The notes under the pieces: generated by a model
Databases searched by the model: none
Seen by the model: only the letters and a program-made list of their open reading frames with translations
Told to the model about the DNA's origin: nothing
Shown here: one piece after another, positions 63,689 through 64,000 of the stretch
Layout: the number at the start of each line of letters is the position of its first letter
How positions within the stretch are numbered: the stretch's first letter is position 1
Made by a program: the position numbers and the translations under genes
DNA from: Anaerovoracaceae bacterium
Lineage (GTDB): Bacteria > Bacillota > Clostridia > Peptostreptococcales > Anaerovoracaceae
DNA: 64,000 nt
NCBI GenBank assembly: GCA_045112795.1
Contig: JBGUIG010000017.1
Span: 18,323-82,322 of the forward strand
Direction of reading: 5' to 3'

Positions 63689-64000
63689 CTATTCTTTGCC
63701 TTTAACCGCTGTTATTCTTCCCTGTCCGTACGGATCAGCGTATTCCTCCGGAATTACGCCGCCAAGAGTTTCAGTTATATATTTAGAAACGGCTTCAATG
63801 TCTGCTGATCCTTCGCGGATAATCTGATCCTCACTGAACATGGACATTCCGTCCCCCATGTCCCGGATATAGTAATCCTGGCTTGCAAGCGTGTATTTCT
63901 TTGAAGTATCCAGCGGTTTTCCGCCGACTGTCACATTCCTGACCCTGTATTCACCTTCTACTCCTGCAAACATGCCGTTTTTGTCCGCTTTGCATGAGCT
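63689..64000 (-). CDS. 5'-nucleotidase C-terminal-domain protein (partial; 5' end beyond the window)
   Basis: The frame is open to the window edge. KYTLASQDYYIRDMGDGMSMF...SKYITETLGGVIPEEYADPYGQGRI matches the C-terminal substrate-binding domain pattern of UshA/CpdB-type nucleotidases. Confidence 0.65.
   Translation of the reverse strand, partial: SSCKADKNGMFAGVEGEYRVRNVTVGGKPLDTSKKYTLASQDYYIRDMGDGMSMFSEDQIIREGSADIEAVSKYITETLGGVIPEEYADPYGQGRITAVKGKE

Overview
64-kb chromosomal window from a Firmicute of the class Clostridia. Gene order and protein signatures look Lachnospiraceae-like, but the taxon cannot be proven from this sequence alone. Nearly all genes are on the minus strand; only gdhA and gpmI are on the plus strand.

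Positions 1-39.2 kb are conserved housekeeping:
- split transketolase, ADP-ribosylglycohydrolase and a MATE exporter
- an apparently decaying amino-acid ABC transporter
- mgtE, ligA-pcrA and gdhA
- an addA gene with no adjacent addB, tightly followed by a cytoplasmic 5'-nucleotidase-like gene, an Isf-type flavoprotein gene and a hyper-acidic protein gene
- gpmI, aroQ plus an aroE-aroK fusion, rpoZ-gmk-yicC and lspA-rluD
- rqcH, the division-cluster tail (yggS-sepF-divIVA) and the ylxM-ffh-rpsP-KH-rimM-trmD operon

Positions 39.5-62.3 kb are the interesting part, an accessory cell-surface locus. It contains:
- a compact six-gene operon: backbone pilin, class B sortase, a signal-peptidase-I paralog that appears to lack the catalytic Lys, a small pilin, an unanchored secreted acidic protein and an 804-aa anchored protein. 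The composition resembles the Streptococcus pyogenes FCT pilus islands.
- two giant monocistronic wall-anchored adhesin genes (2174 aa with an N-terminal vWFA domain; 2484 aa with Listeria-Bacteroides repeats, about 172-aa YDG repeats and DUF11-like repeats)
- between the two giant genes, an orphan regulator with a pseudo-receiver domain and a SARP/OmpR-type winged helix

None of the five anchored proteins carries a canonical LPXTG. They fall into two sorting-signal classes, yet only one sortase gene is visible. The long intergenic regions of the locus carry CGCAAC hexamers phased at exactly 11 bp, which makes them a candidate operator for the regulator. The two giant genes also share paralogous ribosome-binding sites, 3' coding ends and terminator modules.

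I recognised no rRNA, tRNA, CRISPR array, transposase or integrase. All functional calls come from reading the supplied translations and the DNA by eye; no database search was run.
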